Position numbers and translations under genes: made by a program
Shown here: positions 38,332 through 47,849 of the stretch, in pieces
Layout: every line of letters starts with the position of its first letter
How positions within the stretch are numbered: the stretch's first letter is position 1
Notes under the pieces: model-generated
Database searches by the model: none
What the model saw: the letters and a program-made list of their open reading frames with translations, nothing else
What the model was told of the DNA's origin: nothing
Origin: an uncultured Caulobacteraceae bacterium
GTDB lineage: Bacteria > Pseudomonadota > Alphaproteobacteria > Caulobacterales > Caulobacteraceae
Length of the DNA stretch: 47,849 bases
Direction: 5' to 3'
NCBI GenBank assembly: GCA_964445605.1
Contig: CAYULN010000202.1
Coordinates: forward strand, 1-47,849

Positions 38332-39177
38332 ATGAAGACCCGTTTCAAACGCAAGGAAGCGCCCGGCGATGGCCTTAACCGCCTGATCCTGGGCCAGATC
38401 GACGAGATCGCCCGCATCCCGGCCGGTGCCGAGACCGCCGTGCATGACATCCGCGTCGCCTGCAAGAAGATCCGCGCCTATCTGCGGCTGATGCGCGACG
38501 GTTTGGGCGAGGTGCGCTTCGACCTGGAAAACCGTACCTTCCGTGACCTGGCGCGGCTGTTCCGCGCTTTCCGCGACCGGCAAACCGAACCCAAGACGCT
38601 GGCTGGCCTGCAGCCATCGGATTCGTCGGCCGCCGAGGTCGTGCGCCAGCAGCTGGAGGCGCATCCAACCGGCAATCTGTCCGGCACCTTCACCGCTGCC
38701 CGGTCGATCGCCAAGAAGGCGCGCGGTCGTTTCGTCGATGGCAAGCTGGAACCGGACGCCTTTTCACTTAAAGCCGCGTACCAGCACAGCTACGGCCGCG
38801 TCCGCAAGGCGTTCGACCGGGCGCGGCGCCATCCGGGCACCGCCCGGCTGCATGAGTGGCGCAAGCAGGTCAAGGCCTTCGGCTACCAGATCAAACTGTT
38901 GAAAAAGACCTGGCCGGAACAGGTCAAGCTATGGACCGCCGAGTTCGACGCCCTGGCGCAAAAGCTTGGCGACGATCATGACCTGGCCGTGCTGGCGGCG
39001 ACTTTGAGCGCCGACCATGATGCCGAGCCGGTGGTGCGGCCGGTACTGAAAAGCCTGATGCAGCGACGCGGCGACCTGCAGTACTCGGCGCTCGAAATCG
39101 CCGATCCCCTGCTCGCCGAAAAGCCGCGCGCCTTCGCCACCGGCGTCGGCCACCATTGGAAAAAGTGGCGGAACTAA
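38332..39177 (+). CDS. CHAD domain protein (polyphosphate/metal binding)
   Basis: VHDIRV..KK.RA.LRL, LHEWRK..K...Y, LGDDHDL motifs. Confidence 0.88.
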   Translation: MKTRFKRKEAPGDGLNRLILGQIDEIARIPAGAETAVHDIRVACKKIRAYLRLMRDGLGEVRFDLENRTFRDLARLFRAFRDRQTEPKTLAGLQPSDSSAAEVVRQQLEAHPTGNLSGTFTAARSIAKKARGRFVDGKLEPDAFSLKAAYQHSYGRVRKAFDRARRHPGTARLHEWRKQVKAFGYQIKLLKKTWPEQVKLWTAEFDALAQKLGDDHDLAVLAATLSADHDAEPVVRPVLKSLMQRRGDLQYSALEIADPLLAEKPRAFATGVGHHWKKWRN

Positions 39178-39755
39178 ATCTTGTGGCCGAGAAATTTCCC
39201 GGCCGAGTCGAAGGCCGCCTTGAGCTTCTGATTATAGGCACGCAGCACCACCCAGCGGCCCTGCGTCAAGGTACGGATGCGCCCTTTGATCAGCACACCC
39301 TGGTCGGTCATGGCGTCGACACCGACGATCTCGACCGGGCCGATGGTCAGCCGCCCGATCTCGGCGTCCTGGCGTAACGTTTCGCCGGATGGTTCGTCTG
39401 ACTTAGTTTTTAGTCCCCCGTCGTCCTTTCCTAGAGAGTTTACTCCGGTAATGAGAAATATGATTGGCGGCAACAATAACAATGCCTCTTTGGCCTGATA
39501 GGCAGCAATATGGAATGGAAATATTTCGGAAACAGCGTGGGCCACGCTTGTCAATATTGAGTCCAGCAGTTCCAATATTTGACCCGCTAAATGGCTCACA
39601 TCCTTAAATGCGATAACAAAACCGAGCGCGGAAAACACCGCTACTATCGTTTGAAAGCTTGAATCCCCTTTGATCACAGCCCAAAGCTTTTGGATCGTGT
39701 TCTTCGGTGATTGCTCTGCCGCTACACTGTCAGCAATTTCCATGATGGCCCCCAA
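39174..39755 (-). pseudogene. Chimeric ORF: AT-rich membrane-protein N-terminus fused to an MscS (YbiO-like) C-terminal remnant
   Basis: Last ~70 aa (LRQD...GPVEIVGVD..DQGVLIKGRIRTL...W.V.R.YN.KLK.AFD.AG) resemble the MscS cytoplasmic domain; GC content switches near 39390. Confidence 0.6.
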
Positions 39756-39967
39756 ATCCTAGGCGGCCACCATAACCCGGAGGCACACTACCGGATACAC
39801 ACGGACGAACCTGCCGAGTACGGCCATGTTCGCTCTCAGTATATGGGCGTAAACTGGCGAATGTCTGGATTGGGTCAAAACTGCCGTTACATTTAGGCGT
39901 CCGTAAGGACAAAATGCGATCAGATCGCACGCATCACACCTTATAAGCATCTGAATTATTTGAAAAA

Positions 39968-40043
39968 TGGTGCCGCTTAGGTGACTCGAACACCTGACCC
40001 CCTCATTACGAATGAGGTGCTCTACCGGCTGAGCTAAAGCGGC
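39968..40043 (-). tRNA. tRNA-Thr (CGT)
   Basis: GCCGCTT...AAGCGGC-A-CCA, anticodon arm CTCAT-TCGTA-ATGAG, GTTCGAGTC T-loop; 76 nt. Confidence 0.97.
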
Positions 40044-40250
40044 CCGGAACGTGCGCGGGCGTTTAAGGGCCCTGCGGACAGGCGGGTGTCTTTACACAGT
40101 TCGTCCAGCCTTGCCAAGCGGTTTGTCGCGCTGGAAAGCCTATTCTATCGTCGCTTTGGCGCAGTTTCGCCAAGCCGGGCGGATTGCGCCGGCGGCGGGG
40201 CTCGCCTATGGTCGCGGTAACAAAAAAGCTTTGCCGGGCGGATGGGAACG

Positions 40251-43079
40251 ATGGGCAAGACGCGGATCAGTCGGCGGGGGGTGCTGGGGCTGGCGGCCGG
40301 CGCGGCCGGCGCGGGCTTGTTGGGCGAGGCATCGGCAGCCGACAACGGTTTGACGGTGCGAAATCTGCGCGTCGAGTGGCTCAGCGAGCCGATCGGCATC
40401 GATACACAACGGCCACGCTTCCGCTGGGAGATCGGCGCCGATCCTGCCACACGCGGCGTTCGGGCCAAGTCGGCCCGGATCATCATCGCCCGTTCGCCGG
40501 AAGCCATAGCCGCCCGGCGCGGCGATATCTGGGCCAGTGGCGTGGTGAGCGGCCGATTCGACACCCGCCCCCCTCGCCTGCTGCCGTTGCAGTCGCATAC
40601 GCCTTACTATTGGGCGGTGGCCGTGACCGACGGATCCGGCGTAACGCGCTGGAGCGAACCGGCGCGGTTCATCACCGGGCTAATCGATCCGGCTGAATGG
40701 CAGGGCAAATGGATCGCCGCCAAGCCGCCCATTCCAGCGCCGCCGCATGCGCGTGGCCAAAGCAGGCTGATTTCAACGCCGGAAGACACGCGCCTTCCCT
40801 TGTTTCGCAAGGATTTCGCGCTCGATGCCCTGCCGGCGCGCGCGGTGGTTTCGGTGTCGGGGCTGGGGCATTTCGAGCTGACCGTCAATGGTAGGCCGGT
40901 GACCGACAGCGTGCTCAATCCAGGCTGGACCGCCTACGATCGGACCATCTTCTACACGACCTATGATGTGGCGGGCCTGCTGCGGTCGGGCGCCAACCGC
41001 TTAGGGGTGCGGCTCGGCAACGGCATGTACACGGTCGAGAAGATCCCCAACCGCAAGGCCAAGTTTGTCGACAGTTTCGGCCGGCCGAAGCTGATCCTGC
41101 ACCTAAGCCTGTTCCATGCCGATGGGACGGTGACGCGCGTCGTCAGCGATGAAAGCTGGGAAACGATCGACGGGCCGATCCTCTATTCATCGATCTATGC
41201 CGGCGAGGACGTCGACGGGCGGCTGGAGCCGTCCGGCTGGGAACTACCGGGTACAAAGGGCGATGGCTGGCGGCCAGTACTGACCGCCGGGCCGCAGCCC
41301 GGACGGCTTCGCGCCCAGGCCATTCCACCGGTGCGCATGCAGAAACGGTTCGAGACGGTGGCGATCAGCGAGCCCAAGCCGGGCGTGTTCGTCTACGACC
41401 TGGGCGAAAACTTCGCCGGGCGACCGGAAATGGTGGTGCGCGGCCAGGCGGGTGCGAGCGTGAAACTGACGCCATGCGAGACCCTGGGCGAGGACGGGCT
41501 GGCCTGGCAGAAGAGTTTCAACGCCGGGCCGCCGGACAAGTGGGTCCTATACAACTACACGCTAGCCGGGGCGGGCGACGAACGGTTCGTGCCACGCTTC
41601 AACTATCATGGTTTCCGTTACATCCAGGTCGAAGGCGCGGCGCCGGTCGGCCGGGCGGCGCAAGGTACACCGGAAGTCGTATCGATGGCCGGGCAGTTCT
41701 TGCACACCGATCTGCCGGCTGCCGGTGATTTCGACAGCAGCGACGGCTTGCTGGTCCGCACGCACCATCTGATCGAACGGGCGGTGCTGAGCAATGCCTA
41801 CAGCGTCCTGACCGACTGCCCGCATCGCGAGAAGCTCGGCTGGCTGGAGCAGACGCACCTCAATGCGGCGACGGTGTTCCATAACCGCGAAGCCGTGACG
41901 ATGTACGAAAAGATGATCGGCGATATCCGCGACAGCCAGAAACCCGACGGCATGGTGCCGGGGATCGCGCCGGAATATGTCGCCTTCGTCAACGCCCAAG
42001 GCGACGAGCCGGCGCGCAACTCGCCGGAATGGGGAACTGCGGTCGCCTTAAGCCCGTGGGCGGCCTATCGCGAATATGGCGATGCGCAGGTGCTGGCGGA
42101 CGGCTATGCGGCGATGAAGCGTTATCTGGCCTATCTGGCTTCGCGGGCTGATGGACACGTGCTCGATTTCGGGCTGGGCGACTGGTACGACGTCGGGCCG
42201 GGCAAGCTTGGGGCGTCGCAACTGACTACGCGCGCCTTGACCGCTACGGCCGTCTATTACCACGCGCTGACGACGTTCGCCAAGGTGGCCCGCGTGCTGG
42301 GCCAGCCGGAAACGGACGCGGTTGCCGCCGAACGGACAGCGGAACTGGTCAAGACGGCGATCAACAGCCGTTTCCTGCACCCGGAAGGCTTCTACGACCG
42401 CAACAGCCAGACCGCCAATGCCATGCCTTTGGCGGTCGGATTGGTGCCCGATGAGCAACGCGCGGCCGTACTGGCGTCGCTGGTTCAGGCAGTGCGCGAT
42501 AGCCGGAACGGCGTGACGGCCGGCGATGTCGGCTTCCATTACGTGGTGCGGGCGCTGGCGGAAAACGGCCGCGACGACGTCATCCTCGACATGCTGTCGG
42601 TCACCGACCGGCCGTCCTACGGCTATCAGCTGGCCAAGGGAGCGACGGCACTGACCGAATCCTGGAACGCTGATCCGACCAAGTCGCTCAATCACTTCAT
42701 GCTCGGCCACGCCGAAGGCTGGCTGTTTGGCGGGCTGGCCGGGATCAAAGTTGATTTCACTGCCTCGCCAGAGCGGGTGTTGACCATCGCGCCGAAACCG
42801 GTCGGCAAGGTCGAGGCGACCTCGGCGACACATCGCTCGGTGTGGGGCGAGGTACGCAGTTCCTGGCGGCGACAGGCGGGCGGGTTCGAGCTCGAGGTCG
42901 ATATTCCCGCCGGGGCATGCGGCTGCATCCGGGTCCCGACGCAACAACCGCAGACCGTTCTGGAAGGCGGTAAACCAGCCGTCTCCGCGCCGGGCATCGT
43001 CAAGGCCAAGGCTGTGAGCGGCGGGCTTGAACTGATCGCCGGTTCGGGCCGTTACCGCTTTACGTCGATTTTAGCTTAG
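40251..43079 (+). CDS. Alpha-L-rhamnosidase (GH78), Tat-exported
   Basis: SRRGVL signal; YDLGENFAG, F.YHGFRY, TDCPHREKLGW, GDW, SLNHFM. Confidence 0.93.
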   Translation: MGKTRISRRGVLGLAAGAAGAGLLGEASAADNGLTVRNLRVEWLSEPIGIDTQRPRFRWEIGADPATRGVRAKSARIIIARSPEAIAARRGDIWASGVVSGRFDTRPPRLLPLQSHTPYYWAVAVTDGSGVTRWSEPARFITGLIDPAEWQGKWIAAKPPIPAPPHARGQSRLISTPEDTRLPLFRKDFALDALPARAVVSVSGLGHFELTVNGRPVTDSVLNPGWTAYDRTIFYTTYDVAGLLRSGANRLGVRLGNGMYTVEKIPNRKAKFVDSFGRPKLILHLSLFHADGTVTRVVSDESWETIDGPILYSSIYAGEDVDGRLEPSGWELPGTKGDGWRPVLTAGPQPGRLRAQAIPPVRMQKRFETVAISEPKPGVFVYDLGENFAGRPEMVVRGQAGASVKLTPCETLGEDGLAWQKSFNAGPPDKWVLYNYTLAGAGDERFVPRFNYHGFRYIQVEGAAPVGRAAQGTPEVVSMAGQFLHTDLPAAGDFDSSDGLLVRTHHLIERAVLSNAYSVLTDCPHREKLGWLEQTHLNAATVFHNREAVTMYEKMIGDIRDSQKPDGMVPGIAPEYVAFVNAQGDEPARNSPEWGTAVALSPWAAYREYGDAQVLADGYAAMKRYLAYLASRADGHVLDFGLGDWYDVGPGKLGASQLTTRALTATAVYYHALTTFAKVARVLGQPETDAVAAERTAELVKTAINSRFLHPEGFYDRNSQTANAMPLAVGLVPDEQRAAVLASLVQAVRDSRNGVTAGDVGFHYVVRALAENGRDDVILDMLSVTDRPSYGYQLAKGATALTESWNADPTKSLNHFMLGHAEGWLFGGLAGIKVDFTASPERVLTIAPKPVGKVEATSATHRSVWGEVRSSWRRQAGGFELEVDIPAGACGCIRVPTQQPQTVLEGGKPAVSAPGIVKAKAVSGGLELIAGSGRYRFTSILA

Positions 43080-43080
43080 C

Positions 43081-43220
43081 GCCTCATGCCAATTTACGTT
43101 TCATGGCCAAAAAGTGCGCGCGTAACAGTCAGGCACTTTTTGGCATGAGGCTTAATTTGACGCCTCATATTATCCTAAAAGTGCGCGCGTAGCAGTCAGG
43201 CACTTTTAGGCATGAGGCTT
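43081..43220. repeat. Two tandem palindromic REP/CIR-like elements between convergent genes
   Basis: GCCTCAT..CC(A/T)AAAAGTGC-gcgcgtarcagtcag-GCACTTTT(T/A)GG-CATGAGGC twice, with a compensatory stem change. Confidence 0.8.
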
Positions 43221-43224
43221 GGGC

Positions 43225-43914
43225 TTAGTACGACCCCGACTGGTTCAGGACCGCCGGGAAGGTCAGGAACAGGATCGCCACGTACAGGCGGAACGACTTG
43301 CGCCGCACGAACAGGCGGTCGAGCGCGACGCGGCGACGGTAGGTGACGTCGTTGCGGCCCATGACCTGCCACAGGCCGGTAATGCCCGGCATGACCGAGG
43401 TGTAGTGACGGAACGAGCGGCTGTACTTGGAAATTTCGGCGCGGATGATCGGGCGCGGCCCGACCAGGCTCATTTGGCCCATGATCACATTAATCAATTG
43501 TGGGAACTCATCCAGCGAGGTCTTGCGCAGGAACTTGCCGATCGGCGTGATGCGCGGGTCGTTGCGCAGCTTGTGATCGGCTTCCCATTCGGCGCGCGCC
43601 TCGGCGTCGGTGGCCAGCAGGTGATCGAGGATTTCCTGCGACTTGACATGCATGCTACGGAACTTCAAGCACTTGAATTCGCGGCCGTTCAGGCCAATCC
43701 GGGTATGCTTGAACAGGACCGGGCCACCGTCCTGAAGCTTGATGGCGATGGCGATGGCCAGGAAGGCCGGAAACAGGAAGGCGACGGCCAGCAGGCTGCA
43801 GATCAGGTCGAAGGCACGTACGAAGTGATCCTTCGCCGGAGGCGCGGAACTGCGCTTCGAGGCCCGGTAAGGCGCCAAGGGGACGCTGGCGGAATTGGTC
43901 ATCTCGTACTTCAT
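43225..43914 (-). CDS. Priming sugar transferase (polyprenyl-phosphate glycosylphosphotransferase)
   Basis: RAFD, KFRSM, DPRIT.IG.FLRKTSLDEFPQL.NV..G.MSLVGPRP, PGITGLWQV.GRN. Confidence 0.93.
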   Translation of the reverse strand: MKYEMTNSASVPLAPYRASKRSSAPPAKDHFVRAFDLICSLLAVAFLFPAFLAIAIAIKLQDGGPVLFKHTRIGLNGREFKCLKFRSMHVKSQEILDHLLATDAEARAEWEADHKLRNDPRITPIGKFLRKTSLDEFPQLINVIMGQMSLVGPRPIIRAEISKYSRSFRHYTSVMPGITGLWQVMGRNDVTYRRRVALDRLFVRRKSFRLYVAILFLTFPAVLNQSGSY

Positions 43915-44574
43915 GCCTTGCCTCTACGCGATCCGTCGAAGAAGGTGTCGGGGGAACACCGAAAGACAGTCCTATCCCCGGCCGATTTCGACCGGTTCGT
44001 TTGCACCGCACATACACCACGAGACGCCGGTGACGGCCCACTGCGGGCCCGTGCGGTCACTGACAGAAATCCAACAGCAGCTTCCCGTTGCGCGACTTCT
44101 GTTTACACCTTGGTAACCATGAAACCGATTTAGCGCCATTTTTTTGCAAAGGTCTAGTGCTGCGCTGCAAAATAAGGCTGGATTATATAAATTTCACATT
44201 ATGAATGCGGTTAAGTGGTCTTAACCTACCTGCGAATGCGGCAAAATAAGACCTCGAATGCGGCCGAAAAAGGGCCTTGGCGGCATTTGACCCGTCTTCC
44301 GTACACGCCTTACCCGACAAAAGCCGCCGTAACGGCAATATTTTGTATTCACGGCCTTTTCCAATCCTTCCAAACACGAGCGAAATCCTTATGCGCGACG
44401 GGATTGCGGCATCGGCATAAAAATCCCGGCCCGCATACGGCATTTCCTGACCGCCCGGATGGGCCGGCCGGTTGTTTTTCCGGCTCCGGTCATCACAAAT
44501 TTCGTGATCACAATCTGAATGCCCCGCCGGCAGATTCGCTTGTATCCTTTCCAGAAAGTTGGCCGATAAAATGA

Positions 44575-44622
44575 AAGCGCCGGAGGACAACCGCCTTTTG
44601 GCGATCTGTCTTCCGGCGCTTT
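44575..44622. terminator. Long terminator-like hairpin
   Basis: AAAGCGCCGGAGGACA/TGTCTTCCGGCGCTTT arms with A/T flanks. Confidence 0.55.
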
Positions 44623-44718
44623 GAGTTACACGCTTCCGATGGTAACCGACTGAGGATAGGCGTCCGCGTCTAAGGATAAAACGTGGAAGACGCGGCGAAG
44701 CATCAAGAAACCATAAGG

Positions 44719-44785
44719 TTAGTTTTTTGTTTTATCGCGCAATTTGTCCGAAAAGTGGGGCCCACCTTGTCGGACTGCGCTTAGA
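44719..44785. repeat. Alphaproteobacterial intergenic palindromic repeat (CIR/RIME-like)
   Basis: GCGCA..TCCGAAAAGTGG...CCAC.TTGTCGGA.TGCGC plus a TAGTTTTTTGTTTT tail; overlaps the dioxygenase stop codon. Confidence 0.55.
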
Positions 44786-45461
44786 GTTCCGCCCATTGCC
44801 GGATCAGGTTGTGATAGTGGCTGGTCAGTGCGATCACCTCGTCGCTGTCGCCGATGCGCCCGCGCAGCTTGACGATGGTCATGTCGAGATCGAACAGCAT
44901 CTGACGCCTTTGACCGTCGCGCACCAGGCTCTGCGTCCACAGGAAAGCCGCCAACCGCATGCCGCGCGTCACCGGCTCGACGCGGTGGACGCTGGTCGCC
45001 GGATAGAGGATGGCGTCGCCAGCCGCCAGCTTGACCTCGTGCGCGCCGTAAGTGTCCTCGACAATCAGTTCGCCGCCGTCATAGTCTTCCGGCTCGCTGA
45101 GAAAGATGGTGGCCGAGATGTCGGTGCGCACCTTTTCCTGTGTCACCGGGTCGGGATGAATGGCGCCGTCGACGTGATCGCCGAAATGACCGCCGTTTTC
45201 ATAAGCGTTGAAACGTGGGGTCAAGATGGTCTTCGGCAGGGCCGCCGACTGGAATAACGGATGACGCTCAAGCGCCGCGCGCACCTTGTCAGCTAAGGGT
45301 TGGGCTTCGGGCGCCAGAACCGGCAGCTGGTAGTTCCACTTGCGCTGGGCGGCCTGGGCGCCGGTGGTATGGCGGCCGTCGGTCCATTGCGCCTTGGCCA
45401 GGACGTCGCGGATTTCCGTGATTTCCTCGCGGCTCAGGACATTGGGGATATGCAGCATCAT
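44781..45461 (-). CDS. piuC: PKHD-type Fe(II)/2-oxoglutarate hydroxylase (PiuC/YbiX)
   Basis: FG.HVD, RTDISAT.FL..PEDYDGGEL, KL.AGD..LYP.TS.H.V.PVTRG.R, YHNL.R.WAE; follows a Fiu-like receptor. Confidence 0.9.
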   Translation of the reverse strand: MMLHIPNVLSREEITEIRDVLAKAQWTDGRHTTGAQAAQRKWNYQLPVLAPEAQPLADKVRAALERHPLFQSAALPKTILTPRFNAYENGGHFGDHVDGAIHPDPVTQEKVRTDISATIFLSEPEDYDGGELIVEDTYGAHEVKLAAGDAILYPATSVHRVEPVTRGMRLAAFLWTQSLVRDGQRRQMLFDLDMTIVKLRGRIGDSDEVIALTSHYHNLIRQWAEL

Positions 45462-45493
45462 GGGCGGAACTCCTCAGGCCTTCATAGAGCACA

Positions 45494-45521
45494 ACGCCCG
45501 CATTTTGCAAAATGCGGGCGT
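45494..45521. repeat. Perfect 28-bp palindrome between the receptor and piuC
   Basis: ACGCCCGCATTTTG|CAAAATGCGGGCGT. Confidence 0.7.
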
Positions 45522-45545
45522 CGTCCTGCAGATTCTGCCCGCGCC

Positions 45546-47810
45546 TCAGAACTTGACGTTCAAGGTGAGCGTCGCCGTCTGTGGCTGGCCGGGGAAGACG
45601 CGCGCTCCGCCATTGTTCAACGACTGGATATAGTCCTCGTCGAAGACATTGTAGAGGTTGAGCTGCACGGCCACGCGGCGGCTCAGGTCATAACTGGCCA
45701 TGGCGTTGACGACGGTAAAGGCCGGGATCTTGGCCAGGCCGACGGTCTGGGCGGTGGCGTTCGGGTCGACGACCAGCTTCTGGTCCGAGGTGTAGGCGGC
45801 GCCGAGGCCCAACGTGAAGCGTTCGGTGGCGCGATAGGCGGTCCACACCGTCGCGGTCAGGTCCGGCGACCACCGCGTCGCGGCGCCGTTGGCATTGTTG
45901 CCGGTCGTGCCCTTCTTGATTTCGGTGTGCAGGGTCTGGATACCGGCGCTGGCCGACCATTTCGGCGAAAACTGGCCGACCAGGCCAAGCTCGATGCCGG
46001 TGACTTCGCGTTCGCCGGTCTGGCTGTAGGTCAGGGAGACCGGGTCCTGCAGGGTCAGTTCGTTCTTGGCCACCGTGTCGTACCAGGCGGCGGTCAGGTT
46101 CAGATGCTTGTGCAGCAGGTCCCACTTGGTGCCGACTTCGAGATTGTCGGTTTCCGTCGGCTTGAAGGCGGCGTTGGCGATGTTGCTCGAAGTGGCCGAC
46201 AGGGTCAGGTTGGTGCTGCCCGGTGGCGTCAGCGAATTGCCGTAGGCGATGTAGATGCTGCCATTGTGTTGCGGCTTGTAGACGGCGCCGAGGTTCCAGC
46301 TGGCGATGGTACCGCTCGATTCCAGGGTGCTGGCGAGCAGGACGCCGGCCGGCAGCGGCGGGTTGCTGGTCGCCGTGGTCACCGTCGCGCTGTTGGTCTT
46401 GATAGTATAGGCGTCGACGCGTAGGCCGGCACTGAGCAGCCACTTGCCGTGCTTGGCGGTCTCGAAGACATAGCCCGACACTGTGGTGGCGTCGCCGTCC
46501 GAATAGGCGCCGGTCGGCAGCGGCGTAGCCATGACGTCGTTGGGGTTGGGGTTGTAGACATTGGCCGGGGTAACCGTGGCGCCGGTCGGCACGGCGAAGG
46601 TCAGGGTTTTCTGCTGCTCATAGTTCAGCTCGAAGCCAGTCGACAGATCGTGCGTCCAGCCGCCCGTCTCGATCGAGGCGGTCAGGTTGGTGGTATTGGC
46701 CAGGATATGGTTGTCCTGGTCGACGCGCTGGCGGTTGCGGATGATGGTCCAGGTCGTCGGATCGGCCGAGGTGGCAGTGTAGCCGCCGCTGTTGTTGCCG
46801 ATGCCGGTCAGGACGCGGTCCATCTGGGTCTGGCCGTAGCGGGTGGTGTTGGTCAGGTGCAGGCCGCTGTCGAAATCGTGCTCGACCTTGGTGGTCAGCA
46901 GGGCGGCGTCAACCTTTTCATAGTCGTTGACGCTGCCGTAATAGTTATGCCGGTCGACGCGCTTGCCGCCCTGGATGAAGGCGTTGCTGTTGACGAAGCC
47001 GGGATAACCGATGACCGGAAGGCCGCCGTCGGGGACATTGTCCTGATGCAGCAACTGACCGAAGACATAGAAACGGGTCGACGTGCCGAGGCCGACGCCA
47101 TAAGCCGGGGCGATGCCGTAGCCGGAATTTTTGACGCGATCGCGGCCGGGGAAGGTGATGTCCTGGTCCATCAGGTTGAGGCGCAGGCCGCTAGTCTCGC
47201 CGAGACGGATATTGGAGTCGAGCGTGGCGCGGGCACCGCCGGCGCTGTACAGGCTGGCCGTCGCCTGGTCGAAATTGTGGCCGACCGGCAGCTTGGAGAC
47301 CAGGTTGATATAGCCGGACGACGCACCGCGGCCGATATCGGCGCCGGCCGGGCCCTTGGCGACCTCGACCTGTTCGACATTGAAGGTGTCGCGCGAGATG
47401 GCGCCAAGGTCGCGGATGCCGTCGAGGAAGACCGAGCTTTGCGCCGAGAAGCCGCGCAGTTGGAAGGTATCGCCCGCCGAGGTATTGCCGTTTTCGCCCA
47501 GTTGCATGGTGATGCCCGGCGTGTTGCGCAGGGCGTCGACCAGGTTGGTAGCGTTCTGGTCGCTCAGCAGTTCCTTGCTGATGACGCTGACGGTTTGCGG
47601 CGTGTCGAGCAGGGTTTCGGTCTTCTTCGGTGAGGACACCTGGTCGGTCTTGTAGGTCTCGTGATGGCCCTTGATGGTGATCTCGGTGGTCGGCGCGTCG
47701 GCGGCGACATCGGCGTGTGCGACGCCGGCGGACAGGGCGGCGGCGCCCATGATCGACAGGGCGGTCAGGTAACGGCCGGCCGGGTGCTTGCGGCTGCGGA
47801 TCGGGCTCAT
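45546..47810 (-). CDS. fiu: Catecholate siderophore TonB-dependent receptor (Fiu/PiuA-like)
   Basis: IRSRKH N-terminus, LLDTPQT, ALRNTPGIT..LGENGNT..GD...RGF, SRDTFNVEQVEV.KGP; upstream of piuC. Confidence 0.88.
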   Translation of the reverse strand: MSPIRSRKHPAGRYLTALSIMGAAALSAGVAHADVAADAPTTEITIKGHHETYKTDQVSSPKKTETLLDTPQTVSVISKELLSDQNATNLVDALRNTPGITMQLGENGNTSAGDTFQLRGFSAQSSVFLDGIRDLGAISRDTFNVEQVEVAKGPAGADIGRGASSGYINLVSKLPVGHNFDQATASLYSAGGARATLDSNIRLGETSGLRLNLMDQDITFPGRDRVKNSGYGIAPAYGVGLGTSTRFYVFGQLLHQDNVPDGGLPVIGYPGFVNSNAFIQGGKRVDRHNYYGSVNDYEKVDAALLTTKVEHDFDSGLHLTNTTRYGQTQMDRVLTGIGNNSGGYTATSADPTTWTIIRNRQRVDQDNHILANTTNLTASIETGGWTHDLSTGFELNYEQQKTLTFAVPTGATVTPANVYNPNPNDVMATPLPTGAYSDGDATTVSGYVFETAKHGKWLLSAGLRVDAYTIKTNSATVTTATSNPPLPAGVLLASTLESSGTIASWNLGAVYKPQHNGSIYIAYGNSLTPPGSTNLTLSATSSNIANAAFKPTETDNLEVGTKWDLLHKHLNLTAAWYDTVAKNELTLQDPVSLTYSQTGEREVTGIELGLVGQFSPKWSASAGIQTLHTEIKKGTTGNNANGAATRWSPDLTATVWTAYRATERFTLGLGAAYTSDQKLVVDPNATAQTVGLAKIPAFTVVNAMASYDLSRRVAVQLNLYNVFDEDYIQSLNNGGARVFPGQPQTATLTLNVKF

Positions 47811-47849
47811 TTCGGTCTTCCTTCGTTTTTACAACGGGCCTCTTCATGG

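Noticed and set aside
44212-44226. CtrA full site
   Set aside because: TTAA-N6-TTAAC spacing is one base short of the TTAA-N7-TTAA consensus.

Overview
GC-rich alphaproteobacterial chromosome segment; the gene repertoire (many TonB-dependent receptors, polyproline-linker OmpA, Tat-exported glycoside hydrolases) suggests Caulobacteraceae, possibly Asticcacaulis-like (inference). The left arm carries tetR, aguB/aguA, an Oar-like TonB receptor, ompA and tRNA-Ser(CGA). The right arm carries tRNA-Thr(CGT), a GH78 rhamnosidase, a sugar transferase and piuC/fiu-like genes. The two tRNAs point toward each other and enclose a ~31 kb patchwork with truncated gene remnants at both edges. It holds carbohydrate-foraging genes (GH130-like, GH59, GH43, FecI/FecR/TonB transducer), stress genes, a TonB receptor-YfiR-hybrid kinase operon, a PRTase-erythromycin esterase fusion and a CHAD protein. 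The most unusual part is a ~4.4 kb AT-rich element (16266-20701) bounded by IS1031-like inverted ends and a TCA duplication. Its 105-bp left-end module occurs twice, bracketing a Panacea-type toxin-antitoxin pair like a cassette. It also contains a centrally placed IS5 transposase with Asp in place of the catalytic Glu, unannotated small ORFs, and a D-armless tRNA-like fold with the G3:U70/A73 alanine identity elements. All calls come from reading the sequence; no searches were run.
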